NCBI GenBank assembly: GCA_963782055.1
Contig: CAWAIF010000003.1
Coordinates: 1,248,001 to 1,312,000, forward strand
Source: an uncultured delta proteobacterium
GTDB taxonomy: Bacteria; Myxococcota_A; Polyangia; Polyangiales; Polyangiaceae
Direction: 5' to 3'
DNA length: 64,000 nt
Under the pieces are notes generated by a model. That model was given only the letters and a program-made list of their open reading frames with translations. It was not told where the DNA came from and did no database searches. Position numbers and translations under genes: made by a program. This document shows positions 23,559 to 33,793 of the stretch, piece after piece; the stretch's first letter is position 1, and each line of letters begins with the position of its first letter.

Positions 23559-26147
23559 ATGCACCCCATGGCGGCAGCGGCATCGCAAGGGTTCGAGGCG
23601 GCGGCGTTCGACGTGCCGCGCGTCTTCGGCCGCCTCGTGCTGCTCAAGCTCATCGCCCGGGGGGGAATGGGCGACGTCTACCTCGCGGCGACGACCGGCA
23701 TCGAGGGGGCGGAGCGCCCCTGCGTCGTCAAGACCATCCGCCGCGATCACATCCACGACGGCTCCTTCCTGGCCCGCTTCCTGGACGAGGCGCGCGTGCA
23801 GTCGCAGCTCCACCATCCCGGAGTCGCGCAGGTGGTCGAGGCCTCCACCGACGAGCAGGGCGAGCCGTACTCCGTCGTCGAGTACGTGGAGGGGCGGTCG
23901 CTCGCCGACGTGCGGCAGCGCGCCATCCAGAGCGGCGCGCGCATCGGGTGGCCGGAGGCGGTCGCCATCGCCATCGAGATGGCCAACGCCCTCGCCCACG
24001 TGCACGAGCGCGCGGGCGCCGACGGTACGCCGCTGGGCATCGTCCACCGCGACCTGTCGCCGCAGAACGTGATGGTCGGCTACGCCGGCGAGGTGAAGCT
24101 CATCGACTTCGGTACGGCGCGGGGCCACAACCGCCGCTGCCACACCGTGGCGGGTGTGGTCTTCGCCAAGCCCGGCTACGTGGCGCCGGAGGTGGCGCGC
24201 CAGCAGGTGGGCGACGGCCGCATCGACGTCTACGCCCTCGGCATCATGCTGTGGGAGCTGTGCGCGGGTCGCCGTTACCTGACGGGCGACCCGCAGAAGC
24301 ACCTGGAAGACGCCGCCGCCGGCAAGCTGGTGGTGCCGCCCATCGCCGGCGACGTCGGCGCGCCCGCGCTGCTCGACAAGGTCATCGACAAGCTCACCCA
24401 GAGCGATCCGGACGAGCGCTACGCGACCGCCTCCCTCGCCGCGGCCGACCTGGGCCGCGTGCTGGCGGCCGCCCCCGCGGGCAAGAACGGCGAGCGCAGC
24501 GTGCGCGGTCGCGTCGGCACGCTCATGCACGCGCTCTGGCCGAAGGAGCCGGCGCGCTCCCGCGCCGACTTCGTCAAGCTCTTGAAGGACGCGCGCGCGC
24601 TTCGCCCGAAGGAGGTCCGCACCCCCGCGGCCCCCGAGGTCGCGCAGAAGGTCGCCGAGCACATGCACGAGGAGGGTGGCGTGCTGGCCGGCACCTCCTA
24701 CCGCCTGCTCGAGAAGATCGGCGAGGGCGCGAGCGGCGCGGTCTGGAGCGCGGAGCACATGGAGCTCGGTCGCCGCGTCGCCATCAAGGTGCTCGCCCCC
24801 GAGCACGCCTCCGCCACCGACGCCATCGAGCGCTTCCGGCGCGAGGCGCGCGCGGTGGCCGCGCTCTCGCACGAGAACCTCGTCGCGCTCTACGACTTCG
24901 GCAAGGCGCAGGACGGCCGCGTCTTCTTGGCGATGGAGCTGCTCGACGGCCGCCCGCTGGATCGCGTCGTCAAGTCGCGCCGACTCGGCTGGCGCAAGAG
25001 CGTCGAGCTCGCCATCCAGGCGGCTCGCGCGCTGGAGGCGGCCCACGGCGCGGGCCTGGTGCACCGCGACCTGAAGCCGGCCAACCTCTTCTTGACGCGG
25101 CAGGGCACCGTCAAGCTGCTCGACTTCGGCGTGGCGATGGCGCTCTCCGACACCGCCGACTCGGTCGACGGCCCGTCGACCCGCGCAGGCGCGGAGCCTC
25201 GAGCCAGGCGGCAGAAGGGCTTCGCCATCTTCGGCACGCCGGAGTACATGGCGCCGGAGCAGGTCACCGGCGAGCCGGTCGACGCCCGCTGCGACGTGTA
25301 CGCGCTGGGCTGCGTCCTGTACGAGATGCTCACCGGCCAGCGCCCCTTCCGCGGCAAGTCCAGCGTGGAGGTGCTCGGCAAGCAGGTGCGCGAGGCACCC
25401 ATGCCCCCGCGCGAGCGCGCGGCCGACCGCGACATCCCGGAGGCGGTCGAGGACGTGGTGCTGCGCGCGATGATGAAGGCGCGTGAGGAGCGCTACGCGA
25501 GCGCGAAGGAGATGCGCCGCGCGCTGGAGGAGGCGCTCGTCGTCCCCGTCGCGCCGCCGCCGCCGCGCTTCGTGTGGTCGAAGCGCCTCGTGGCGCTTTC
25601 GCTCACGGCCGGCGCGGTCGCGCTCGTCTCACACGTCGGGCTCGCGTCGGCGCCGAAGCCTCCGGGGCTCGCGCGGGAGGCGGACGGCATGGCGGCGCTG
25701 CCCGGTGGCGACACGCGCGTCGCCCCTGCTGTGACGCAGGTGGCGGTGGCGCCTGCTCCGAACGACGGCAGCGGCGCGGGCAAGGCCTCGGCCGGGCAGG
25801 GCGGGCGCGAGAGGCTGGACGCCGCGCGCGCCGCGGCCCGCGCGCACCCCGGCGACGTCCGCGCCCTGCAGGAGTGGGCGGCCGCGGCCCTGGAGGCGGG
25901 CGAGCTGCGCGAGGCCCGCAGCGCGACGGAGGCCTGGAGCCTACGCGACGGGAGCCCGGCCCCGAAGCTCTTCCTGGCCACCATCTACGAGGCGGCCGGT
26001 CGCGCCGCGGACGCGCGCGCCACGCTCGAGGAGGTGCTGCAGGCGCACCCGGAGAGCGACGTCGCGCGCCGGATGCTCGCGGGGCTGGGTGTCGCGCTGC
26101 CGCCGCCGCCGACCGGCGTCCGCAAGAGCGAGGTCGCGCACCGCTAG
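23559..26147 (+). CDS. Tandem two-domain Ser/Thr protein kinase with TM and C-terminal TPR
   Basis: Two kinase domains (HRDLSPQN/DFG and HRDLKPAN/DFG/GTPEYMAPE), a hydrophobic segment and a TPR-like tail. Confidence 0.9.
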   Translation: MHPMAAAASQGFEAAAFDVPRVFGRLVLLKLIARGGMGDVYLAATTGIEGAERPCVVKTIRRDHIHDGSFLARFLDEARVQSQLHHPGVAQVVEASTDEQGEPYSVVEYVEGRSLADVRQRAIQSGARIGWPEAVAIAIEMANALAHVHERAGADGTPLGIVHRDLSPQNVMVGYAGEVKLIDFGTARGHNRRCHTVAGVVFAKPGYVAPEVARQQVGDGRIDVYALGIMLWELCAGRRYLTGDPQKHLEDAAAGKLVVPPIAGDVGAPALLDKVIDKLTQSDPDERYATASLAAADLGRVLAAAPAGKNGERSVRGRVGTLMHALWPKEPARSRADFVKLLKDARALRPKEVRTPAAPEVAQKVAEHMHEEGGVLAGTSYRLLEKIGEGASGAVWSAEHMELGRRVAIKVLAPEHASATDAIERFRREARAVAALSHENLVALYDFGKAQDGRVFLAMELLDGRPLDRVVKSRRLGWRKSVELAIQAARALEAAHGAGLVHRDLKPANLFLTRQGTVKLLDFGVAMALSDTADSVDGPSTRAGAEPRARRQKGFAIFGTPEYMAPEQVTGEPVDARCDVYALGCVLYEMLTGQRPFRGKSSVEVLGKQVREAPMPPRERAADRDIPEAVEDVVLRAMMKAREERYASAKEMRRALEEALVVPVAPPPPRFVWSKRLVALSLTAGAVALVSHVGLASAPKPPGLAREADGMAALPGGDTRVAPAVTQVAVAPAPNDGSGAGKASAGQGGRERLDAARAAARAHPGDVRALQEWAAAALEAGELREARSATEAWSLRDGSPAPKLFLATIYEAAGRAADARATLEEVLQAHPESDVARRMLAGLGVALPPPPTGVRKSEVAHR

Positions 26148-26242
26148 TTTGGAGTCTGCGCGTGGTCGCTCCGGTGAAGTCATCGGCGCCTACCGCCTTG
26201 ATTCGCGCTCGCGAACCGCGCACGCTCCTCTATTCTCGGGTC

Positions 26243-27169
26243 ATGCAACGTCGCATCGCGGTCCTGCTCGCCGGCGCCTCCCTCGCCGGCGCGACGCTTC
26301 CCGGCGTCTGGCTCGGCGGGTGCTCCCCCTCCGGCGCGGACGTGGACGCCGGGACGGGGATGGACGCCTCCGAGCAGGGTCACTGCTGCGATCCCGCCGG
26401 CGCGCCCGCGTGCGGCATGGCGTTCGGCGGGTGGGTCGACCCGGGCGTCGCGTGCCCTCACGCGAACGGCCTGCTACCGGACTTTCACTCGTCGCAGTGG
26501 ACGCTCGCCGAGGACGACGCCGGCTGTCCGAGGTGGACGCTGCCCGGCATCCAGGGCACCGAGTGCGGCCCGGCGGCCGACGGCGGTGGACCGTGCCCCA
26601 ACGACGAGACGGGCTTCCAGCCCTCGGCGGCCGAGCCGGCGAACCCGGCGCAAGACGTGTGTACTCCGCAACAGGTCGACGGCTACTGGGCCAGCTGCCT
26701 GGCGCCCAACGTGCCGGCGGTGGCGTGCGACGCGTGGCTCGCCTCCGACGCGGCGAACAACCAGGCCTGCGGCGATTGTATCGCCACCTCCGAGCTCGCC
26801 CAGAGCTGGGGCGCCGTCGTCCTGGGTGTGGACGGCGTGGCGCGCATCAACACGGCGGGCTGCATCGCCCTGCTCACCGGCGACGACCCGCCGAAGCCGG
26901 GCGGATGCGCCGCGGCCTACCAGGCCGCGCGCGACTGCGAGACCGCCGGCTGCACCGGCTGCAACCTCGCGGCGGGGTTCGGGTGCACCAGCCCGGCCTG
27001 CTACCAGCAGTGCGTGGACCAGGTCGCGGCGGGGACTTGCAAGCCGGTCGAGGACTCCGTGTGCGACCCGGACGCATCCACCTTCTCGGCGTGCTTCGAC
27101 AGCCAGGGGAACGGCGCGGAGGGCCTGTTCAAGAGCGTGGCGTCGGTGTTCTGCGCGAGCGGGCAATGA
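26243..27169 (+). CDS. Cys-rich lipoprotein
   Basis: MQRRIAVLLAGASLAG..LGGC signal and many Cys residues. Confidence 0.75.
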   Translation: MQRRIAVLLAGASLAGATLPGVWLGGCSPSGADVDAGTGMDASEQGHCCDPAGAPACGMAFGGWVDPGVACPHANGLLPDFHSSQWTLAEDDAGCPRWTLPGIQGTECGPAADGGGPCPNDETGFQPSAAEPANPAQDVCTPQQVDGYWASCLAPNVPAVACDAWLASDAANNQACGDCIATSELAQSWGAVVLGVDGVARINTAGCIALLTGDDPPKPGGCAAAYQAARDCETAGCTGCNLAAGFGCTSPACYQQCVDQVAAGTCKPVEDSVCDPDASTFSACFDSQGNGAEGLFKSVASVFCASGQ

Positions 27170-27296
27170 CGGACCCGCCGGCCTGCTTTGACGCAGGCGC
27201 GCCCCGTTCCGGCTCGCGCTCGCTCGAGCTTTTTTTACGCGGAGGCCAATCCCCCGCGCAAAATGGGCCTCCGTTCCCCGTGCTACCATCGACCCC

Positions 27297-29720
27297 GTGA
27301 AGAGCGCGTCCGGGTCGGCCGAAGCAGGGCGTCCCGCCTCCAAGATCTGCCCCTCGTGTGGCGACAGGTTTCCCCTGGACGCTCTCTTCTGCCCCAACGA
27401 TGGCTCACCGCTCGGCATGGCGGCGGCGTCCGGCAGCTCCGACGCGTACGCGCCCGGCGCCACCGATGTGTACCTCGATCGGGAGATCTCCGGCCACATC
27501 AAGGTGCGCCAGCTCGTCGGCGTGGGCGCGATGGGGCGCGTCTACCGAGCCTTCCAGCGGGGCATCGATCGCGACGTCGCGGTGAAGATCCTGCACCGCG
27601 AGCTGTCGGCCAACCAGCAGCTCGTCTCGCGCTTCCACCGCGAGGCGAAGGTCGCCTCCCGCCTGCAGCACCCCAACGTCGTGACGGTGTACCTCGTCGG
27701 CCAGCTCCCCGACGGCGCGATGTACATCGTCATGGAGTATCTGGACGGCCTCTCCCTGCAGAGCGCGCTCGCGGCCGGCGGCGGCGCGTTCGACCTGCCG
27801 CGGGTGCTGCACATCGCCCTGCAGCTCTGCGACGCGGCGGGCGAGGCGCACGCGCAGGGCATCGTGCATCGCGACTTCAAGCCGGAGAATGTGATGCTGG
27901 TGCGCCGCGGCGCCGACCCCGATTTCGTGAAGGTGCTGGACTTCGGCATCGCTCGCCTCAACTGGGGCGAGCAGTCGATGGCGACCGCCGCGGGGCTCAT
28001 CTTCGGCACCGCGCGCTACATCTCGCCGGAGGGCGCGCAGGGCGAGACCGTCGGCCCGTCGGGCGACGTGTACGCCATCGCCACGCTCGTCTACCAGATG
28101 CTCGCGGGGCGCACGCCGTTCGAGGGCGAGCAGGCCGTCGCGCTGCTGGTGCAGCAGATTCACGACCCGCCCCCGCACCTGCGCTCGATACCGCGCGCGT
28201 CGTACGTGCCGGAGCCCATCGCCGAGGCGGTGATGCGCAACCTGGCGAAGGACCCGCTCGCGCGCGAGCCCGACGCCCGCGCCTTCGCCCGCGCGCTGGT
28301 GGACGCGGCCAAGCTCGCCGGGCTCTCCGCAGAGGAGCTGATGGCGCGCCCCATGCTGAGCCCCGGCCGCTCCAGCCCGGTGCAGCTCCCGCCGATGCAG
28401 CGGACCAAGCAGCTCAACCTGGCGCCGGAGGAGCAGCGCGCGCTGGAGCACATGGCGAGCCACCTGGCGCCGCCCGCGCCGGCCGTGTCGTCGCCGCCGC
28501 TCGCCGCGCCCGCGGTCTCCGCGCCTCCCGCCGCCTACTCCCCGGGCGCGAGCGGCCAGCCGCCGGCGGCGGCGCCCCGCCCGAGCGGCGTGGAGATCAC
28601 GATGGACGACGTGGAGGTGCCGCCGTTACCGCTCGTCGCGCCGGCCGCGCCCGCGCACCGGATGGAACGCACGCAGGCGGTGACGCCGCTGGCGGAGGCG
28701 GTCCTCCCGGCGTCGCCAGGCCCCTCGGCCCGGCCGCCGCAGGTCTCCTTGCCGCCGGTGCGCGGCTCGATGCCGTCGGGCGACGAGCCCTTCGAGGACA
28801 CGCTGGAGGCGGACAGCGCCCCGGTCTCGGAGGACCCGCGCATCAAGAAGCGCCGCGCGCGCTCGCGGGCGATCGTGCTCTTCATCGGCTGCTTTCTCGT
28901 GGGCGCGGGGGGCTCGGCCGCCGTCGCGTACAAGATGGGTCTCGTCGGGGCGCCCGCGGGGCAGCACACCCTCGACCAGCAGGTGGACCTCGCGGACAAG
29001 GCGGTGGACGACAAGCGCTGGGACTCGCCTCCGGGCGACAACGTGCGCGACCTCACGACGGAGGGGCTGAAGCGCTGGCCCAACGACCCACGACTGCTCG
29101 CCGTGCGCGCGGAGGCGACCGACAAGCTGGTGAAGGACGCGCTCGGCGAGCGCTACCTCGGCCACGAGGACAAGGCACTGCACCTGGCGCGCCTCGCGCA
29201 CGAGCTGGATCCCACCGACGAGACCGCCACGAAGCTCGCCACCGATCTGGAGGCCGCCGAGTCGACGGCCGAGGCGGGCGCGGAGGACGCCACCGACGCG
29301 GGGGCGGCCACGCACAAGACGACGGCGGTGACGCACGCGCAGCCGCCGCACGCCACCGTCGGGCTGTCGGCGGCGAAGCCCCGAACCGGTCAGGCCGTCG
29401 ACATCGTCGTGCACGTCGCGGGCGCCGGTGGCCACGCGCCGCACGCGGCGGCGAGCGGGCCCGAGCTGGCGGTCTCCGGTCCGGGCGTCCCCCCGGGCAC
29501 GAAGGTGCCTCTCGTCGCCGAGGGCACCACCGTCGAGCGCGCGAGCCTGACCTTCCTGCAGGGCGGCAAGTTCGAGCTCGTCTTCACCGCCAGGGTGGAC
29601 GGCGTCGCGGTGAAGTCGGTGCGCACGGTCACGGTGGCCGCGCCCGCGCCGCTGCCCTCCACCACGACCACGGCCACGCAGGAGTCGCCGCCCGTGGACG
29701 CCGGGGGCAAGTGGCTCTGA
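27297..29720 (+). CDS. Ser/Thr protein kinase with N-terminal zinc ribbon, TM and extracytoplasmic domain
   Basis: CPSC..FCPNDG, GVGAMGRVY, HRDFKPEN, DFG, GTARYISPE, Pro-rich linker and TM segment. Confidence 0.9.
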   Translation: MKSASGSAEAGRPASKICPSCGDRFPLDALFCPNDGSPLGMAAASGSSDAYAPGATDVYLDREISGHIKVRQLVGVGAMGRVYRAFQRGIDRDVAVKILHRELSANQQLVSRFHREAKVASRLQHPNVVTVYLVGQLPDGAMYIVMEYLDGLSLQSALAAGGGAFDLPRVLHIALQLCDAAGEAHAQGIVHRDFKPENVMLVRRGADPDFVKVLDFGIARLNWGEQSMATAAGLIFGTARYISPEGAQGETVGPSGDVYAIATLVYQMLAGRTPFEGEQAVALLVQQIHDPPPHLRSIPRASYVPEPIAEAVMRNLAKDPLAREPDARAFARALVDAAKLAGLSAEELMARPMLSPGRSSPVQLPPMQRTKQLNLAPEEQRALEHMASHLAPPAPAVSSPPLAAPAVSAPPAAYSPGASGQPPAAAPRPSGVEITMDDVEVPPLPLVAPAAPAHRMERTQAVTPLAEAVLPASPGPSARPPQVSLPPVRGSMPSGDEPFEDTLEADSAPVSEDPRIKKRRARSRAIVLFIGCFLVGAGGSAAVAYKMGLVGAPAGQHTLDQQVDLADKAVDDKRWDSPPGDNVRDLTTEGLKRWPNDPRLLAVRAEATDKLVKDALGERYLGHEDKALHLARLAHELDPTDETATKLATDLEAAESTAEAGAEDATDAGAATHKTTAVTHAQPPHATVGLSAAKPRTGQAVDIVVHVAGAGGHAPHAAASGPELAVSGPGVPPGTKVPLVAEGTTVERASLTFLQGGKFELVFTARVDGVAVKSVRTVTVAAPAPLPSTTTTATQESPPVDAGGKWL

Positions 29721-30487
29721 CGCGCGCCCCCGCGTCCGGCGCTCTCGCGCTCGGCGCCGCCGTCTTCGCCGTGCTCGTCGCGGTCCCGGGCGTCGCGCGC
29801 GCCGACGACGTGCCCGCGTCCGGCTCCGCCTCGGTGCTGCGCTTCGTCGAGCGCCCGCACACCGTCGCGCTCCTGGAGGCGGGCGTGATCGCGCTGCCGA
29901 ACGCGCCGATCTCGCAGAGTCAGCGGGGAGGCGCCGTGCCGCTCGTTGGCCCCATCGGGAAGGGCGACTCCACCATCCAGATGGGGATTCACATCCAGTT
30001 CCGCGTGGCGCGAGACTGGGCCTTCGGCGCGCGCTTCTTGCTCGACCCCAACCCGACCGCCGACCCCGAATATGGCCTCGGTGGGCTCGGGGCCCTGCCG
30101 CGCACCCACTCGCGCAGCTACTTCACCTTCGGCGGCGAGGCGCGCTACATCCCGCTCCACAGTCGCTTCTTCGAGGGCTGGGTGGGGGCGATGCTCGGCG
30201 GCGTCATCATCGCCGATCGCTTCAGCACCGACGTGGGCGAGCTCAAGCCCAAGGTGTTCGGCGATCGCGTCGTCACCCTCAGCACGGAGGGGTTTTACCT
30301 GGGCGCCCAGGTCGGCGCGGACTGGATCGTCTCCGACAAGGTCCTCGTGGGGCTCGTCTTCCGCGGCAGCCACTGGTTCTTGCCGACGACGCCCAACTGC
30401 TCCCCCATCGGCGACTGCGCCACCCTCACCGGCTCCACCGATGCCATCGAGTTCGGCGTGACGGTGGGCTATCGCATCCCGCTCTGA
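29711..30487 (+). CDS. Outer-membrane beta-barrel protein
   Basis: GTG start overlapping the kinase stop, signal peptide ending ARA-DD, amphipathic beta strands and C-terminal FGVTVGYRIPL. Confidence 0.7.
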   Translation: MALTRAPASGALALGAAVFAVLVAVPGVARADDVPASGSASVLRFVERPHTVALLEAGVIALPNAPISQSQRGGAVPLVGPIGKGDSTIQMGIHIQFRVARDWAFGARFLLDPNPTADPEYGLGGLGALPRTHSRSYFTFGGEARYIPLHSRFFEGWVGAMLGGVIIADRFSTDVGELKPKVFGDRVVTLSTEGFYLGAQVGADWIVSDKVLVGLVFRGSHWFLPTTPNCSPIGDCATLTGSTDAIEFGVTVGYRIPL

Positions 30488-30506
30488 GCCCGCGAGCGGC
30501 GCGCGC

Positions 30507-31241
30507 CTACGGCGTGTGGCGCACCGCGATGGCCATCAGCGCCGCCACGCGGTCGAAGACCACGCCCGTCACCGCGAGCAGCAGCAGCGCGCGCATCGGC
30601 GCGAGCAGGGCATGGATCTGGGCGGGCGACGACGCCCGCGCGATCACGGCGCCGGCCACCTCGATGACCAGCGAGGCGGCGAGCAGTGGCCCCCCGATCG
30701 AGACCGCGAGCCCGATGCCCCCGGCGATGTCGTTCGCCGCCGAGAGCAGCGGGTGCGCGGGGAACGGCGCCACCGCCAGCGCGTGGGCGATCCGCGACGG
30801 CCCGCCCGTACCGAGAAAGATGGCGGAGGCGAGCAGCGCGAAGGGCACCCCCATCGGCGTCGTTCGCCCCTCGATGGTTGCAACCTGCACCGATTGCTGC
30901 GAGCCCCGCAGCGCGTCGAGGACGCCGCCGGTCATCGTCGCCGCCCAGAGGGGCACCGCACACGCGATCGCCACGGGCAGGCCGCGCACCAGCTCCGCCA
31001 CGAGCAGCAACGGCCACGGCGTGCCCGCGGCGGACGCCACCTCCGGGGCCAGCGCCGGGTAGATGGCTCCCGCCAGCGCCAGGGCCACCACCGCCCGCGC
31101 CGCCGCGGGGAGCGCCCGCAGCCCGAAGGCAGGCACGAGCACCACCGTCGGCGTCGCCCGCGCCCACGCCAGCCCCAGCGCAGCCAGATCCACGCCGCTC
31201 TCGCGAAACGCGGTCTCGACCTCGGTGAGCAGCCCCGGCAT
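30507..31241 (-). CDS. sctT: T3SS export apparatus protein SctT (YscT/HrcT; FliR family)
   Basis: 244-aa multi-pass membrane protein with WARATPTVVLVPAFG, AELVRG, GGVLDALRG, IFLGTGG and IARASSP motifs. Confidence 0.78.
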   Translation of the reverse strand: MPGLLTEVETAFRESGVDLAALGLAWARATPTVVLVPAFGLRALPAAARAVVALALAGAIYPALAPEVASAAGTPWPLLLVAELVRGLPVAIACAVPLWAATMTGGVLDALRGSQQSVQVATIEGRTTPMGVPFALLASAIFLGTGGPSRIAHALAVAPFPAHPLLSAANDIAGGIGLAVSIGGPLLAASLVIEVAGAVIARASSPAQIHALLAPMRALLLLAVTGVVFDRVAALMAIAVRHTP

Positions 31242-31259
31242 GCGCCGCGCAGTCTACCC

Positions 31260-31352
31260 GCCTTCCCCCCGCCCCGCTCACGTACAGCACCCCCCCGGCC
31301 CCTGCCCCCTGTGCCCCCTGTCTGTCCCCCCTGTCCCCCTCCCCCGTCCCCG
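31260..31352. repeat. C-rich low-complexity tract (G-runs on the minus strand)
   Basis: Multiple C4-C7 runs with (C)TGTCCCCC-like units between sctT and the MarR-like gene. Confidence 0.6.
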
Positions 31353-31422
31353 GACACCAAACGTCGAACTGCAAGCAGTGCTGCACCGCGACGTTTCGCG
31401 TGAATCGTGGGGGAGGGGGGGG

Positions 31423-31438
31423 TGGCATGCGGCGTGCT
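31423..31438 (+). promoter_or_regulatory. sigma54-like promoter for the MarR-like gene
   Basis: TGGCATGCGGCGTGCT, GG-N10-GC. Confidence 0.5.
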
Positions 31439-31450
31439 CTGGGACTCGGG

Positions 31451-32041
31451 ATGGATCCTGTGTTCTTCACCATCAAGCGCGCCTATTACGCCACGCTGCG
31501 GCTGACGCGGCGGGCGCTCGCGGCGATGGGGCTCACCGCGGCGCGGTTCGACCTCCTCGATGCGCTGTATCGCCTGGGGACGCGCTGCGTTCACTACCAG
31601 AGCCACCTTCGACGCGCGCTCGGCGTCGCGCGCTCCACCATCAGCGTGATGATGCGGTCGCTCGAGCGGCTCGGGCTCGTCGAGCGGCGGCGCGTCGGGC
31701 GTGAGGTGCTGGTCGCGCTGACGCCGGAGGGCCGTCGCCGCGTGCGCCGCGCCTTCTTCGGCCTCGTCCTCGTCGGGCACGTCGGGGTGGCGCTGGACGG
31801 AGCGCTCGCGCCGGGTGCGCGCCGCTGGCCCGCGCCGCGAGCCTGCGCGAGCGCCCGGAGGCACCTCCAGGCGCTCTGCATGCGCATTCGCCGTGGCTTC
31901 GGCGACGCCGCCGACCTCGACCTGGTCGGGAGCATATGGTGGGCGCGCGACGTGGAGCGCGCGCGCCGCGACCGGTACCGCCACGAACGTTACCAGGCGG
32001 AGATCGCGCGCGTCGATGCGCTCCTCGGCCCGGCAGGGTGA
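31451..32041 (+). CDS. MarR-family winged-helix protein
   Basis: GLTAARFDLLDAL..QSHLRRALGVARSTISVMMRSLERLGLVERR..VALTPEGRR. Confidence 0.75.
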   Translation: MDPVFFTIKRAYYATLRLTRRALAAMGLTAARFDLLDALYRLGTRCVHYQSHLRRALGVARSTISVMMRSLERLGLVERRRVGREVLVALTPEGRRRVRRAFFGLVLVGHVGVALDGALAPGARRWPAPRACASARRHLQALCMRIRRGFGDAADLDLVGSIWWARDVERARRDRYRHERYQAEIARVDALLGPAG

Positions 32042-32177
32042 TCGCCGGCGTCGCCGGGCGCTCCGGCCGTCAGGTCCTTGAACTGCGCGGCGATCGTCCA
32101 TCTTGGCCGCGGCGGCGCCCCTTCAACCGTCGCCCCGCGGCGCTTCACCTCGCGGGCGCGCCGTCGTATGAAGGCGC

Positions 32178-33059
32178 ATGGCGCTCGATCTGTCCGTCGT
32201 CGGCAAGGTCTCGGAGGTCTCCCGCTTCACCTACGCGTGGAAGGACGTGGTGCTCTACGCGCTCGGCATCGGCGCGAAGAAGGACGAGCTCGACTACCTC
32301 TACGAAGGCGCCACCTTCGGCAACGTGGAGCGCAAGACGACCGAGCCCCGGCCAAAGGTCTACCCGAGCTTCGCCGTCGTCCCGACCTTCCCGGTGATGC
32401 TCTCGCATGTAGGCACCACCGGTGGCGACCTCGCGATGGTCGTCCACGGCGCCCAGCGCGTCCGCGTGCACGCCCCCTTCGCGCCGAGCGGCACTCTCCT
32501 CTCCACCGCGAAGGTCCGCGGCATCTACGACATGCGCAAGTTCGCCAGCGTCCTGGTCGACACCGAGACGAAGAACGAAGCGGGTCAGCTCGTCGCCGAG
32601 GCCACGTGGACCATCATCTACCGTGGCGCGGGCGGCTTCGGCGGTCAGCCGCCGCCCAAGGAGCCCAGCGGGATCGACGTGCCCAAGGGCACCGAGCCGG
32701 CCTTCCGCATCGAGGAGACCACCCCCCCCGAGCAGGCGCTGCTCTACCGCCTCTCCGGCGATCCCAACCCCCTGCACGCCGACCCCGAGTTCGCCAGGAG
32801 CGTCGGCTTCGAGCGCGGCCCCATCCTCCACGGACTCTGCACCTACGGCTACATGGTTCGCCACGCGGCGATGGGCGCGTGCGGCGGCGACGCCTCCCGC
32901 CTCACCGGCTTCGAGGGCCGGTTCAGCAAGCCCGTCTGGCCGGGCGACACCATCGTCACCGAGGGCTGGATCGTGGGGGACGGAAAGGTTGCCCTCTCCG
33001 TCAAGGTGAAGGAGCGCAGCGAGACGGTCATCACCAGCGCCTGGGCGACATTCGCCTAG
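32178..33059 (+). CDS. MaoC-type (double hot-dog) enoyl-CoA hydratase
   Basis: LYALGIG, YRLSGDPNPLHADP and PILHGLCTYG hydratase-2 motif. Confidence 0.9.
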   Translation: MALDLSVVGKVSEVSRFTYAWKDVVLYALGIGAKKDELDYLYEGATFGNVERKTTEPRPKVYPSFAVVPTFPVMLSHVGTTGGDLAMVVHGAQRVRVHAPFAPSGTLLSTAKVRGIYDMRKFASVLVDTETKNEAGQLVAEATWTIIYRGAGGFGGQPPPKEPSGIDVPKGTEPAFRIEETTPPEQALLYRLSGDPNPLHADPEFARSVGFERGPILHGLCTYGYMVRHAAMGACGGDASRLTGFEGRFSKPVWPGDTIVTEGWIVGDGKVALSVKVKERSETVITSAWATFA

Positions 33060-33257
33060 CGCCCGCCCCAGTGCTCGGGTGCTTGCAATCGAACGCCGGC
33101 GCCGCCGGCCGGGGAGACCACCCGGCCCGCCCTGCCCAAGCCCGCTGCGGCCCCAGCCTAACCCCGGCCTGGCCAGCCGCGCTCGGCACCCGCACCGCGG
33201 CGCCCGGCCCTCACAATCTGGCCGACCGGTCCCTCCGCCATGCGTCCGCCGCCCGGC

Positions 33258-33680
33258 TCAGTGACTCATCGCGCTGACGCACGCGCTGAAGGCGATCCCA
33301 CCCAGCACCAGCACCGCGATGGACAGCCGGATGATCCAGATGATGTTCCACGTGGTGCGCCACGTGGACCGCGTGCTCATCGGCGCGTACTGCTGCGGGT
33401 AGTAGGGCTGCTGGGCCGCGTACGGGTTCTGCCCCTGCGGCCCGTACCCGTAGCCCTGCGGCGGCGGCCCGTAGCCCTGCGGCGGATACCCCTGCGGCTG
33501 CGCATAGCCCTGCTGCGGATACCCTTGCGGCTGCGCGTAGCCCCCCTGGGGCGCACCCCCCTGCGGCTGCGCGTACGCCTGCGGCGCGCCTCCGGCGAGC
33601 GCCGCCCCGCAGTACCCGCACTGCGCAGCGGAAGGGTTCGTCACGATGGCGGAGCAGCTCGGGCACCTCGGCGCTTGCAT
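33258..33680 (-). CDS. Small zinc-ribbon, PQGY-repeat membrane protein
   Basis: CPSC..CGYC, repeated PQGY/QQGY and a C-terminal TM. Confidence 0.65.
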   Translation of the reverse strand: MQAPRCPSCSAIVTNPSAAQCGYCGAALAGGAPQAYAQPQGGAPQGGYAQPQGYPQQGYAQPQGYPPQGYGPPPQGYGYGPQGQNPYAAQQPYYPQQYAPMSTRSTWRTTWNIIWIIRLSIAVLVLGGIAFSACVSAMSH

Positions 33681-33793
33681 GGGTACAGCCTCCCTTCGAG
33701 CAGCATACGCCAGCCCGTCGACTCCCTCTTCCCAAAACGCCCCGGCCGCGCCACATTGACCCCCGTTTCACCCCCACGCGAGGAACCTCAGCC

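Noticed and set aside
30507..31241. Flagellar locus
   Set aside because: No flagellum-specific genes in the window. The motif and the translocon-like operon favour an injectisome-type system, although this is not proven.
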